Assembly (NCBI RefSeq): GCF_048593235.1
Contig: NC_133620.1
Location: 290,485,765-290,549,764 of the forward strand
Length of the DNA: 64,000 nt
Direction of reading: 5' to 3'
Source of the DNA: Sminthopsis crassicaudata
Lineage: Eukaryota
Shown here in pieces: positions 1-11,579 of this stretch. The notes below the pieces were generated by a model that saw only the letters and a list, made by a program, of their open reading frames with translations, ran no database searches and had not been told where the DNA came from. How positions within the stretch are numbered: position 1 is the stretch's first letter; each line of letters begins with the position of its first letter. The position numbers and the translations under genes are program-made.

Positions 1-1194
1 GAGGCTTGAAAGGAGATAAGGTAAAGGGTGGAGTGGGTAAAAAAAAAACACTAGTAAAAGAAGGAGAAGGGAAAATAGGAAATAAGATAGTGGGTGGAAT
101 GAGTAAACAAAAATACAAGATTGAGGACAGAGTGGAAAGAGAACAAAATAATATACAGGGGAAGAAATAGAATGGAGGGAAATACAGAGCTGGTAATCAT
201 AATTGTGAATGTGAATGGGATAAACTGTCCCATAAAAAGGAAGCTAATAACAAAGTAAATTAAAAACAGAATCCTACAATGTTTTCTTTACAAGAAATAC
301 CAATTTGATACAGAGAGACATACAGAGTAAAGGTAAAAGGCTAACAGAATTTATTATGTTTCAGCTAAAATTAAAAAAATAAAAGCATGGGTAGCAATTC
401 TGATCTCAGATAAAGCAAATGTAAAAATAGATCTTATTAAAAGATATAGGAAAGGAAAGTACATCTTGATAAAGGGTACCTTTAATAGTAATGATAGTAA
501 ATAGTAATGATACTAAATGTGTATGTACCAAGTGGAAGAACAGGCAAATTCCTAGAGAAGATTTTAAGTTAGTTACAGGAAGAAATAGACAGCAAACTAT
601 TCTGTTGGGGGACCACAATCTTCCCTTCTCAGACTCAGACAAATCTAACCACAAAATAAATGAGAAAGAAACTAGGGAAGTTAATAAGATCCTAGAAAAC
701 CTAGATATGATATATCTCTGGAGAAAGTTGAATACAGACAGAAAGGAATAAACATTTTTCTCAGCAGTACATAGCAGCTACACAAAAACTGACCATTTAT
801 TAGAGTATAAAAATCTCACAATCAAATGCAGAATGGCAGAAACAGTAAATATTTCCTTTGCAGAACACAATATAATAAAAATTATATTCAATAAAGGGAT
901 AGGAAAAGATAGACTAAAAACCAATTGGAAATTAAATAATATAATTCTAAAGAATGAATTAGTCAAACAAATCACAAAAATAATTCATATTTTTATTCAA
1001 GAGAATGAGACAACATACCAAAATCTATGAGATACAGCCAAAGCAGTTTTTAGGGGAAATTTATATCTCTAAATAGCTACATGAATAAAACAGAAAAAGA
1101 GGAGATTAATAAATTAGGCATGAAAATAAAAAAGCTAGAAAAAGAACAAATCTAAACTCCCCAATGAAATACCAAATTAGAAATTTTGAAATTC
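1..1194 (+). mobile_element. LINE-1 fragment (ORF1/ORF2 junction and ORF2 endonuclease region), degraded
   Basis: A-rich. ORF pieces resemble L1 EN (LLGDHNLPFSDSDKSNHKINEKET, IIKIIFNK...TNWKLNNIILKNE). Many stops and frameshifts. Confidence 0.85.
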
Positions 1195-1279
1195 ACAACT
1201 CCAATCCAACATTTATCATTATCCTTTCCTGTCACCTTAGCCAATCTGAGAGCTACGCATTGGTACTTCAGAATCATCT

Positions 1280-1445
1280 TCATTTGCATTTCTCTAATCA
1301 ATAATTATTTAGAGCATTTTTTTAATGACTAGAAATGGCTTTAATTTGTTTATCTGAAAATAGTCTGTTCATATCCTTTGACCATTTAATCAATTGGAGA
1401 ATTGGCTTGTATTCTAATAAATTTGAGTAAATTTTCTATATAAGA
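1280..1445 (-). mobile_element. Inverted LINE-1 ORF2 3' fragment
   Basis: catttgcatttctctaatcaata...ctgttcatatcctttgacca is the antisense of the L1 ORF2 C-terminal region. Boundaries approximate. Confidence 0.6.
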
Positions 1446-2014
1446 AATCATTTACTGATAATGAATCATAATTTCACAATCTCCACATTCAGTTAGACAA
1501 CTCCATATGGGGTTGTTACCCACAGTTTAAGAACTTTGATATAGAAGTCTGTCGTCCTCCTTCTTTACTTTCTGTGGGCAGGGGTATGCTGGTATAACTT
1601 CAACCATTATATTCTTGAAAGAAACATTTTAATATTAATTATCATTATCAACATTTCTCCATCATTTTCTGAAGTCTAGACAATCAGCAAAACAATAAAT
1701 GAAATCTTGATTTGTAGAATATTTTGGGCTACACTGAAAATTTAGTTTTCACTCAAGCTAGCCATCATGACCTTATTTTTCTCTCTCAGAGGTCTCTATG
1801 TGACTTTGGTTATTATCTCTGTGTAGATGATTCCAGAATTTATGACCAGTGTCACAGAAAGAGTGCTGGTTTGGGGGGTGAAAAAATTGGGCTTGAGTCC
1901 CAGCTCTGATACTTTCTAGCTATGTAACATTTAGTAATTCTTGGTCTGAGTTTCTCCAACCATTAAACTAGACATTTGGACCCTAAGTGATTTTTAAGGT
2001 TGGAGCTATGAACT

Positions 2015-2865
2015 GATCCAACCATTCTAGAGAACAATTTGGAACTATGCCTAAAGGGCTATCAAACTGTGCATACCCTTTGATCAGTCTCCCATTTTTT
2101 ATGATCTCCCAAAGAGATCTTAATAAATTATAGTATCTGAATGTAATGGAATGTTATCGTTTTATAAGAAATGATCATCAGGATGATTTCAGAAAGGCCT
2201 TGAGAGACTTGTATGAACTGATGCTAAGCAAAGTGAATAGAACCGAGAGAACATTGTACCCAGCAACAAGAAGATTATACAATGACCAGTTCTGATGGAC
2301 ATAATTCTTTACAACAATAAAGTGATTCAGACCAATTTCAACAAATTTAGCAATCCTACAATATGCTTTATGTTTAATGAAATTTCATTAGCCTTCCAGA
2401 AGATTGCAATAATAGTAACAATGGATAGTCAAATTGTTGGATCCTACTTTAAGTCATTTTGTTAATGCACAGTGTGAGTCTTTTATGATTAGCAATCATT
2501 TTGGCTGTGGAAATAAAAAAACCTGTTTTATTTAAAAAAAAAAAAAATTTCAACAGATTTGTGGAGAGAGCCAGCTGCATCCAGAAAGAAAGGGACTGAA
2601 TGTGGGTCACAACATAGTATTTTTACCTTTTTTGTTGCTTTTACTTCTAATTTTTTTTCCCATTTTCATCTGACTTTTTTCTATGCAGCATAATAAATGT
2701 GGAAATATGAGAAGAATGGTATAGTTTTAACCTACATTGAATTATTTGCTATCTAAAAGAGGGAAGAGGAGAGTGAGAAAAATTTGGAACACAAGGTTTT
2801 GCAAAGGTGAATGTTGAAAACTATCTTTGCATGTATTTTAAAAATTAAAAAGCTATTATTACAAA
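2015..2865 (+). mobile_element. LINE-1 3' end (ORF2 C-terminus plus marsupial 3' UTR)
   Basis: ctagagaacaatttggaactatgcctaaagggctatcaaactgtgcataccctttga, followed by 3' UTR motifs shared with the L1 at 50186-50835. Confidence 0.8.
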
Positions 2866-2870
2866 AAATA

Positions 2871-3128
2871 TTTTGGAACTCAAAGGAGAGATTAATAAAA
2901 TAGAAACTAAGAAAAGTATTGAACTAATAAATAAAATTAAAAGTTGATTTTAAGGGGAAAACAACAACAACAAAATAGATAAATCTTTGGTTAATTTGAG
3001 CAGAAAAAGGAAAGAAAAAAACCAAATCACCAGTATCAAAAAATGTAAAGGATGAACATATTACCACCAATGAAAAAAGAAATTAAAGCAATAATTAGAA
3101 GCTATTTTGCCCAACTGTATGGAAACAA
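2871..3128 (+). mobile_element. LINE-1 ORF2 continuation of the element interrupted at ~1194
   Basis: Resumes (aaaggagagattaataaaatagaa...gaagctattttgcccaactgtatg) where the 1-1194 piece stops, implying a nested insertion between them. Confidence 0.65.
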
Positions 3129-4224
3129 GCCTGATCCCACACAACTGATCCCACAGAACCTTGCTCAAACATCTCAACTCAGCTTGGGGAGAGTGGGGTT
3201 CAGGCCCTAAGGTCAGCATTCCCTGAGCCCTGGCACCTGAAACGATCATTAAAGGGAGATCCTGGCATGAGTCACCCCAGCCTTCAACAGGTTCTGTCCA
3301 GCAACTGCCTGGGAAGAAATTGGGTGTTCCTGGTACCACCTTATTAGTTCACCTTCAAGTATGAGAGTGTACAGCCCCTTCTTTGGGGTCTTTCTCAACT
3401 CCCCTTAATTTGTAAGATTGCCAGTGTTCTTGAAACCATCAGAATAAGCAAGGTCATCAGCCCTGAGAAATGAACCCATTTTTAGGATGTATACTTCCTA
3501 AATAAGGAACATATTTATTAAGAATTTATAAGTTTGTTTAATGATGATGCTTTGTAACATATAAAACATGTTAAAACAAAATCTCCTGTGTGTGTAAATC
3601 CTGGTAAAGTTTTAAAAATAATGTATCTAGCCCTAAACTGTAATTTATAGAATTCACTGTTAGAGATAATAGAGATAAAATCTCTTGGGACTGTAATTGA
3701 TATTCTTTTGAACTTTGAATTTGGGTATGATTGCCTGATGGAGCATTAAGTCAATAACCTACCTTTTGAGAGAAATGCAATAAGTTACTCAAAGAGATGT
3801 CTTCCTAAACTGTCAGAGGTAGACATCTTGTCTGAGCATGAGCTGGAAGGACAAGCTTAGTCTCTGTCAAGGTTGGCTCTTTCTGACTCAGTTTCCCAGT
3901 TCTGTTTTTCCCACCTGATTATTCCTGAGTCTGGCTATGAGGTAGAATTGTTACTGTATGATTGGTTGTCAAACAAAACTAAGGATGTTTTATTCTGTCA
4001 TGTATGTATTCTCAAGCTGAAGCCTGAAGGACCTATTTTATAGCCAATTCCTATCATCAGAATAAGTGATTAGTAAAAGCCATGAGCACAAGGGACACTC
4101 AGTGGTTTTCTACTTTAAATCTTTTTGTCTTTTTCTTTTTGCCTTTGAAGGCATAGAAAAAAGTCAGATGAAAATGGAAAAAAAAAATAATAAAAGCAAC
4201 AAAAAAAGTTGCCAATTAACATAG

Positions 4225-4700
4225 TCATGTCCATTACTTGGAGGTAGCTCAGGGCTTTTGTGACAGCTCCCACATATTTGGACAGACCCTGGCTATCCAG
4301 TATGTAGATGATATCTTGATCTGTAGCCCAAGGAGAGGCTGCAGCCATAAAAGACCTTGAATTTCTGACCTCCTGAAGTAATAGTAAACTATCAGTCTTT
4401 TGAATATTTGGGCCTTGAATTAACTCCCACCTCCTGTTCTCTCACAGTGAAGAGAAAGCAGACAATTTGACCACTCCTTAAATCTTTTTCAAAATAACAG
4501 CTGCCTACATTCCTGGACGTGGCGGGATTTTGTAGACTATGGACACCTAATTTGGTTATTGTCAAGGTCTCTATGATTCTATTCAAGGACCTGATATCCT
4601 TCCCCTCCATTAGGGCTTAAGCTTTTAAGATTGTGAAAACTAAACTAATCTCTGTCCTATCTAAAGCCTTTTACTCTGTATATTAATGAAAGGAGGAACT
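4225..4700 (+). mobile_element. Class I (ERV1/gamma-like) endogenous retrovirus RT remnant
   Basis: Translates to QGFCDSSHIFGQTLA..IQYVDDILICSP (YVDD motif), FLDVAGFCRLWTPNF and AFKIVKTKL. Disrupted. Confidence 0.8.
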
Positions 4701-4749
4701 GAGTTAAGACCTCCTTTGGGTCATTCCTACTTTGGTGAGTAAATATCAT

Positions 4750-4925
4750 TGGATAAGTACACCAAAGAATCAGTAAAGGGAATAACACAATAGTTAGATG
4801 CCACTAGCAAAATATCATGGGAAAATAATATGACCCTAGAAAAGCTATTGGCAGGAAGAAGAGGAACATGTGTTACAACTGGAAGCAATTTCACTACTAG
4901 TATAGCCAATCAGAAGAATTAGCAG
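4750..4925 (+). mobile_element. Class I ERV env transmembrane-subunit remnant (immunosuppressive-domain region)
   Basis: From 4758: YTKESVKGITQ*LDATSKISWENNMTLEKLLAGRRGTCVTTG, resembling the AVKGIAEQL..TSQMAWENRxALDxxLAExGGVC motif of HERV-I-like env. Confidence 0.75.
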
Positions 4926-5069
4926 AGAATGCAGAGATTAATTATCCATCATATGCAAGATCTGTGCAAGGGTTAATAGACTTTTATTTTGAAGTGGGAT
5001 GTAAAAATTAGCCAAATCTGAGGGGTTTGAAAAGAATATGAAAATCAAATTTTTTAAAAGAAAAAAAGG

Positions 5070-5210
5070 AGGGCAGCTAGGTGGCACAGTGGTAGAGCAC
5101 CAGTCCTGAAATCAGGAGGACACCAGTTGAAATCTGATCTCAGACACAACTCTTGCTGGCTGTGTGACCCTGGGTAAGTCACTTAACTACAATTGCCTCA
5201 GTAAAAATAA
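5070..5210 (+). mobile_element. Marsupial tRNA-derived CORE-SINE (WSINE1/MAR1-like), older copy
   Basis: gggcagctaggtggcacagtggtagagcacc...tgtgtgaccctgggtaagtcacttaac with an A-rich tail. Confidence 0.85.
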
Positions 5211-5844
5211 GGAATAATCAAAGGTGTAGTTTTCTACAGAAGTAGTCTTCTTTCAAATGAATGTAAGTTCCTTGGGGGCAGAGACTGGCTATGTAATGAG
5301 TGGTGGAGATTTGTATTACTTCTGTAACAACCAATTAATGGGGAATTGGGAGAAGTACTTTCCTTCATGATAGGAAATAAAATGCTACCTTTGAAGTTTC
5401 AAAAGTGTTGTCTATTCATCTAGGCACCAATGTAAAATAAATCTTTACTACGTTCATCAGTGAATCTATAGAGTTCTTAAGATATTTTGTTTCTTACATT
5501 GTAGAATGTACAACATAGATTGTAGAGAACTATTCATTACTTTAACACAAATGTTAAAACATAAAAAAAAAGTTCACAGAGAAAAAAATTACATGGATGA
5601 TATATGATCTACACATTTGAAAGCTGATATATTGAAAATATGTTGGTAAAGTTAAAGAGCTTAGAAAAAGTGGATTAGTTATTGCAGCAGAAGATAAAAA
5701 GAAATACTCCCATAAATTATTTAGATTATCAGATATATGACACACGTATGAATGTGAGAGCACCAAAATTTAATTTGATGGAAGTGACTATTTTGAATGA
5801 TTTTTAAAAATTAGTAGAATAAATTCAGTAGATCAGACCTAGAT

Positions 5845-6635
5845 TGGATATTACCACCAATCAAATGGCACCTCTTTAAGATATTCTAAGGGGTTCATCT
5901 GCATTACATTCCCCTAGGGAATGGACTCCAAATGTAGTGAAATGTATTCAATTGAGAATTTTTTACAAAGTCAAATGACAGAAAGGATTCAGGAATGGTG
6001 TGATGTTGAGGTCTCTATACTTTTTACTATAGGATTACCAAAAGGCATTATACATCAAAAGGATATTATATTAGAATGGGTGCATTTACCACAAGTTAAG
6101 AATAGAGCTTGTCATACTTATACAGTATTGGTGGCCAATTCTTCATAAGGCTATTGGGAGACTAGTGCTTTCATAGGAAGAGATCCTGATACCATTTATA
6201 TACATTATACCTCACAACAAACAGTTATATGTCTTCTCCTGACAAAAATTACAAAGAGCAATTTATACTCTGAATAATTTGAAATTTGATGATAAAGGAC
6301 TGTCTTCAACTATAAAATCTAAAGTCGAAACAAAAGACCCAAAAATTAAGATCCTGAAACAAATTATTAAACATTATGATAAACTGGAAACTGTAATGGA
6401 CCCTCAAAAGGTCATGTGGCAGGACAAGAATAAAGAATGGCATGGTCCAGACCCTGTACTAACCTGGGGAAAGGGTTATGTGTGTGTATCCACAGGTATA
6501 GAGGAGCACTGGATCCCAATAAGGAAAACTGGGATCATGGATGCCAGCAAAGATTTCACAGGGCCCTCAACAGAGAAGACAAAGATTCTTCAAAAAAGTT
6601 GCAGCTCTTTAATTAAATCATGGCAACAAAAATAG
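5845..6635 (+). mobile_element. Class II (betaretrovirus-like) ERV pol remnant: RT thumb/connection and integrase C-terminus
   Basis: DILRGSSALHSPREWTP; SILFTIGLPKGIIHQKDIILEWVHLP; GRDPDTI; KVMWQDKNKEWHGPDPVLTWGKGYVCVS (betaretroviral IN C-terminus WGRGxxCV motif). Confidence 0.85.
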
Positions 6636-6639
6636 TTTT

Positions 6640-7905
6640 CAATGTGTATGGACTAGATGTTTTTTCATCTTTGGACTTGGAGACTTGAAGGGATAGATGT
6701 CCCTCTTAGATATACTGACCGAATGGGACACCATTCATCATAATAGGTATAAAACATAATCTGTTTATCATAAGTATCTGGGGTTTTTTGACCTATTAAG
6801 ATTGTGATACACATCAATGTCATCATTCTAAGTTTAAAGATAAGGAATACACTGAAACACTTGTATCATGTCATAGTACCATGTTCTATCCATCTGATTC
6901 TCATATAAGTGCTTTTTCACAATATGTCACCAATAACAGTGTAGCAATAAAGGATTTGGATAAATAGATTATAGCTGTTGGGGGACAGACAGTGCAACTG
7001 ATTCCTATCTCTCTTACAGCACAAGTATGTTAGGGAAAGATCATGTGTTTTTAGTGGATCACATTGTGAACCAATCACAATTACGTATAGGACTGGAATA
7101 TTCAATTTTACTTTTTATTTTGTAAAGTTTGGCAATATATAGGACATGAAATTACTGGTTAAGTTTTTATATTAACAAGGCCAAAATAGGATATGACTGT
7201 GGTAAAAGCAAAAGGATGGTTTTGAACTCCTGGGGATGAGGTACTTGATAGATTGGAAGAACATATGGATCAATTAATGGTAGGAACAAAAAGATGTATT
7301 TCATGTGTGGGTATTGGGAATTATATTACTCGTTGAAGCCATTCTGTCATCCACAGTATTAACTATGGCTGTATCTAACACACAAAACTCAAGTCAGGCA
7401 AATGCATGCAGTATATGACCTTATGAAAAATGTGTCTGAAGGACTCAGAATACAGTTGAAAGTAGATAAAGAGATTTATAGTGCTCTTCATACAATTGTA
7501 GGGTAAGGATGTGGCATATTTGGAATTACTACAAAAATTACAATACCTTTTATTTTACACCAAAGAAATATAATGAAACTCATATGGAATAAGAACTGAT
7601 AAGAGCTCAGTTGAATGGGCTCATACCAGATAATGTTACTTTGGAATTATCTAGATTGGCGCAATTGATGTCTGATATTTGATTTGGAAGGTGATGCTCA
7701 AATGCGGCCTGATGTGATATTTGACAAGATCTTGAATTTCTTTTAGAAAGCAGACCCTTGGGGTACTGTGAAAAATTTACTCACTCCAATAGGAACTAGT
7801 CTTGTTGGATGTTTAGTTGTTATAATTGCTTTTATAGTAATTTAAAAATGTACTCTGACTACTTTTAGGGAACATTTGTCACATTGGAGCTCAAAGACAT
7901 AGACT
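6640..7905 (+). mobile_element. Betaretrovirus-like env remnant
   Basis: Broken frames give MAVSNTQNSSQANA, VYDLMKNVSEGLRIQLKVDKEIYSAL, FTPKKYNETH and LIRAQLNGLIPDNVTLELSRL, similar to beta-type TM (TPxxYNES..HLQGxxDNLTLDISKL). Confidence 0.65.
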
Positions 7906-7926
7906 TCAAAAACAAAAAAGGAGATT

Positions 7927-8326
7927 TGTGAGGGGTTGCCAACTCTCAGGTATCTTTGGATTACCACATGGAATGCAATTCAGGTAAACTGAGGGCATTG
8001 CTGTAAAGGTTGAACAGATGACACTTGGGAGGAAGGAGCCCCAGCCCTGTGGACAACAAGATGGCATTGAGCAGAAGGAGCCTTGTTCTCTGAGATGGGA
8101 ATGAGACAGGAGTGAGAGTCCCTGGTAGTTTGGTACGCTTGGCTTAGAGAGCTCTTGCTATGCTGACGTAACTAAGGCTTTAAGCCTGCTGGTAGAAGCT
8201 GGAATAAATGGAGTTTGCATCATCTTGGCTCCCTGTCTTGATCTCCTAATTATTAGGCCTTGAGTTTCTGCTGGTCAGAATAGGCCTCACTTATCTGTAA
8301 GCAAGGGGCCCTAGGGGGCCCTAACA
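7927..8326 (+). mobile_element. 3' LTR of the betaretrovirus-like element
   Basis: Preceded by a polypurine tract (aaaaacaaaaaaggaga, ~7908-7924). Begins TGT, ends ACA, AATAAA at 8203-8208, ~400 bp. Confidence 0.7.
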
Positions 8327-9286
8327 ATCTCTGTACTTTATTTTTTATCTATGATTTCTCCCCACTCCTCCCTGATCCTATCCTACAAACAAAACATCTC
8401 CCCAACTATTTATCAAAACTATACTTGTCTATAAAAATCGCTCCTTTTCAGAGTATGGCACAAAATCATAATTCGAGACTTTTGTTAATAAAAGTACCTT
8501 TTGGCAGGGAAAATGCTACACTGTGATTATTCACAATCTTTTCACTTCATCTTTGCTCTCCTGAACCTTGTCACATGACTCCATCATTAATAGGATTAAT
8601 AGGAACAGGATGCATTTATTTTAGCAATTCCTGAGAATAAGCTGGTTTAGGGTTAACCATCAGCAACATCCACTGAGCTGAGGGTTAGTGATACACAGAA
8701 TTTATAACAGGTCAATTCTCTCTGCCCCGAGGGTCTTTGATACCTCCCTGCTAAATATATAGATACTGATTTAGTCTCTCTGATCTCAGCTGGGTGAACT
8801 CTCTACTATTGACCCAATAACATCTTTATAATAATATGGCCAATGAGTAAAGCAATTCCCTCTTACAGGCTTGGATCAAACTTGAATACTCAGGACTATA
8901 GGGTCCCAGAAGTATTTTTATTCTTTGCTTAAAACACAATTGTTTCCTCTTGGTGTCATTCATTGTCTTCATCCAATGGTCAGTCCTAAAATTTTTTCAA
9001 ATTGATTAATATGCCTCATTTACCCTTGTGATTACACTAGTCTAATAGACTAGTCTATTCCTTCTATATTTACATTAATGGGATTGTGGGGGACCTTACG
9101 TAAATCACTTTAAAGGGCTGTATGTTGTTATTTCTGTCTCCGTAGAATTAGATCACAGAGAGCAGATGCAACAAGAAAACTTCTCTCCCCCCTCCCCCAT
9201 CAATTACCACTAATCCAAGTAGTGCTGAGCCAGCGTCTCCATCCCATTCAGGTGGATCTACACAGCGGTTAGGCTTTCCCGGCTGG

Positions 9287-9555
9287 ATGGCAGAGCAGGA
9301 GGAGGGTGATAGGGATGAGAGGAATGTGTCCTCGGCATTGCCCGGGTCCCGCCCCTCCCAGATTCCTTTCCTCGAGCCCCTGACAGGGCCTTGTCACTTT
9401 TCTGGCTCCCTTCCTGGGGGCGCTGATGTCAGAGGCTGCCTACAAGTTGTGGCCATACCCTGGGCAAACTGCTGGGACTGGCTGCTTGGAAACCCCAAAA
9501 AGAGGAGGAACTGGAGCTGCAATCATTGAATGCTCCTTCCTCGCAACCCAGGTGA
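9287..9555 (+). pseudogene. SMIM40: SMIM40-like small integral membrane protein gene with four apparent frameshifts
   Basis: MAEQEEGDRDE / PRAPDRAL / FLAPFLGALMSEAAYKLW / WANCWDWLLGNP / KEEELEL fall in successive frames and match my recollection of human SMIM40 (MAEEGDVDE...EAAYKLLW...DWLLGTPQKEEELEL). Syntenic next to DAXX. Confidence 0.7.
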
Positions 9556-9559
9556 GAAA

Positions 9560-9780
9560 CTTGCAAGCAGAGATTTAAATAATTTGCCCAAGATTATACT
9601 ACGGATAAGCGTCTGGGGCAGGCCTTGAATTCAGGTTTTCCTGATTCTGTCCGCTGCAATACGGGTCGGCCTCAGACGATCTAGTTCACCTCCCATTTTA
9701 TAAAGAGGAGCACTAAAGGGAAACCGAGCTGCCTAAAGGAAACTAAAGCAGGACTGGAACTCAGGACTCCAGCGCTCCTC
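9560..9780 (+). mobile_element. Old MIR/MAR1-like SINE remnants
   Basis: Core-like pieces atttgcccaag...ttgaattcagg and ggactggaactcaggactcc. Boundaries approximate. Confidence 0.45.
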
Positions 9781-9949
9781 CGTTGCTAGGACACCCAAGA
9801 TGAGGGAAAGTGCCAGAATGTGGGAAGGGGGACCCTCCGGTGCCCCATTCTAGTTAACCCTTTCTCCTCCTCCAGAAACCAGGCCACGCTCTAGGAACAG
9901 CCATGGATCTCCTCCAGGCTCCCCTCTCAGCCCAATAAACTGAGGGTCA

Positions 9950-11448
9950 GTGAGAAGCGTCGGCCTCCACTTCTTTTCCTTTCCCTCCCCTTTTCGGTCG
10001 AGACTGCCCCATCCCCACTACGCTGGAAGAAAACCTAACGCCCTTTTAAAAGCCTCGTTCTCTCCGAGGCGCCAGGACGCCCCTCACCTCCCTCCCCAAC
10101 CACAAACCCAGAGTGCTAGGGTCCGCCGGCCGTTCCCCCCGAGCCCCTCGGATCCCCAGACTGAGGGAAGCGTCCGAGCAGAGCGGCTCCGCGCAACACC
10201 CCGCTAGGTGAGAGGGGCGCGCCTCCGCACACCCCTGGAGGCCGCCATCTTGCCGTACGGCGGACCAGTCCCCGCGCCAGGATTGTGGACCGGCTCTTTA
10301 TTCAGTTGCCACGGTGCCCTTTGAGTGCAGTGACGCTGAGAGTAGGCGTTCAATACTTCGGCGGCCCTAAGGTTCGAGGCTGGTATTATTTACATACATA
10401 AGACTTCTGATTGGTGGAGGAAACGATTACTTACGTGCACACATTCCGTACACATAAAATTAATCCCGGCTCGTAGAAGCCGCAGCCCCTGGGCCGATTC
10501 CCGGTGGCTGCTAGACAGAGGCGGTCTGGAAGGTCAGGGTGGCCGGGGCACGCATCAAATGCAGAGTCAAGGTTAGATCTCGACATAAGCCTTGAGAGAA
10601 ACTTTCTCTTTGTAATTCCCCCAGTCCTCCTTGGGATTCCAGAGCGGACCCAGGATAGCCTACCGTATATCCCAATAAGATGGGCAGTTCCTCCCCAGCA
10701 TGGATGGAAACATCCACTAATTTCATTTCCCGGCCCCTCCCCCGCACTGTGGCGCTCGCCAGACTGACTAGGGAGCGCTACGGACAAACGCCAGAGGAAA
10801 CAAGCCGAGGGGACGCCGTCTCTGGGGGGTAAAGCAGGGGTCCGTCTCGTGACCACTCATTTGGCAAGTCCCCAAAGGTATATATTCCTCCCTGCTCCGT
10901 CCCGAACTACACTGGCTTCCCTCCGTCATAACAGATGCCGTACGGCAACATGGCCTCCTCCTGTTCCCTCAGGGACTTCCGAGTCTCCCGGCCTCAGAGA
11001 GGCCCTTCCACCCCAAGTACTCGGCCGGATGGGGCCAATGCAATCACCGGGAGACTCGCCGTCCGCCTCCCGTAGAAGGGCCGAGCAGGTATCTGGCGGG
11101 CCTTCACTTCCTACATTCCCGGGGCCAACTCTTTGGGGTCGGATGGCAGCGTCTAGGGACGTGGTGGGGAGGGGCTGAGGCATGATCGCTTCCGTTTCTG
11201 CGCAGTGTCTGCTGCGGGAGGGGGGCGAAGAGTGTAAGAGGGAGGAGAGCTGAGGTGACTGAGCGGGGGGTAAGGGGGAGGGGGGGAGGGACGGACAGCG
11301 ACGGTGGAGGCGGCAGCCGCGGCGTAGGGACTGTTTCTGAGGTGGGGGCCGCACGGGGCGGGCGGGAGGAGGGAAGAGTCTGAGGGGAGGACCCGGTGAC
11401 AAGGCTGGGGTGGGGAGAGGGGGATAGCAGCCGGAGACCCTCCCTTGA
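9950..11448. promoter_or_regulatory. CpG island / DAXX promoter region, apparently bidirectional
   Basis: CpG-rich. Oppositely oriented YY1-type motifs at 10244-10261 (-) and 10937-10958 (+), ETS-like cttccg and a CCAAT box (gattgg ~10409). Confidence 0.75.
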
Positions 11449-11579
11449 NNNNNNNNNNNNNNNNNNNNNNNNNNNNNNNNNNNNNNNNNNNNNNNNNNNN
11501 NNNNNNNNNNNNNNNNNNNNNNNNNNNNNNNNNNNNNNNNNNNNNNNNNNNNNNNNNNNNNNNNNNNNNNNNNNNNNNN
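11449..11579. other. Assembly gap (N run)
   Basis: 131 N in the G-rich 5' region of DAXX. Confidence 1.

Noticed and set aside
5070-5130. tRNA-like A/B boxes at SINE heads
   Set aside because: These are tRNA-derived SINE promoters without cloverleaf ends, so they are not tRNA genes.
5292-5452. Short TG-started segment with AATAAA, possibly an LTR
   Set aside because: No similarity to the 7927-8326 LTR that I could see, no TSD and no terminal CA. Unsupported.
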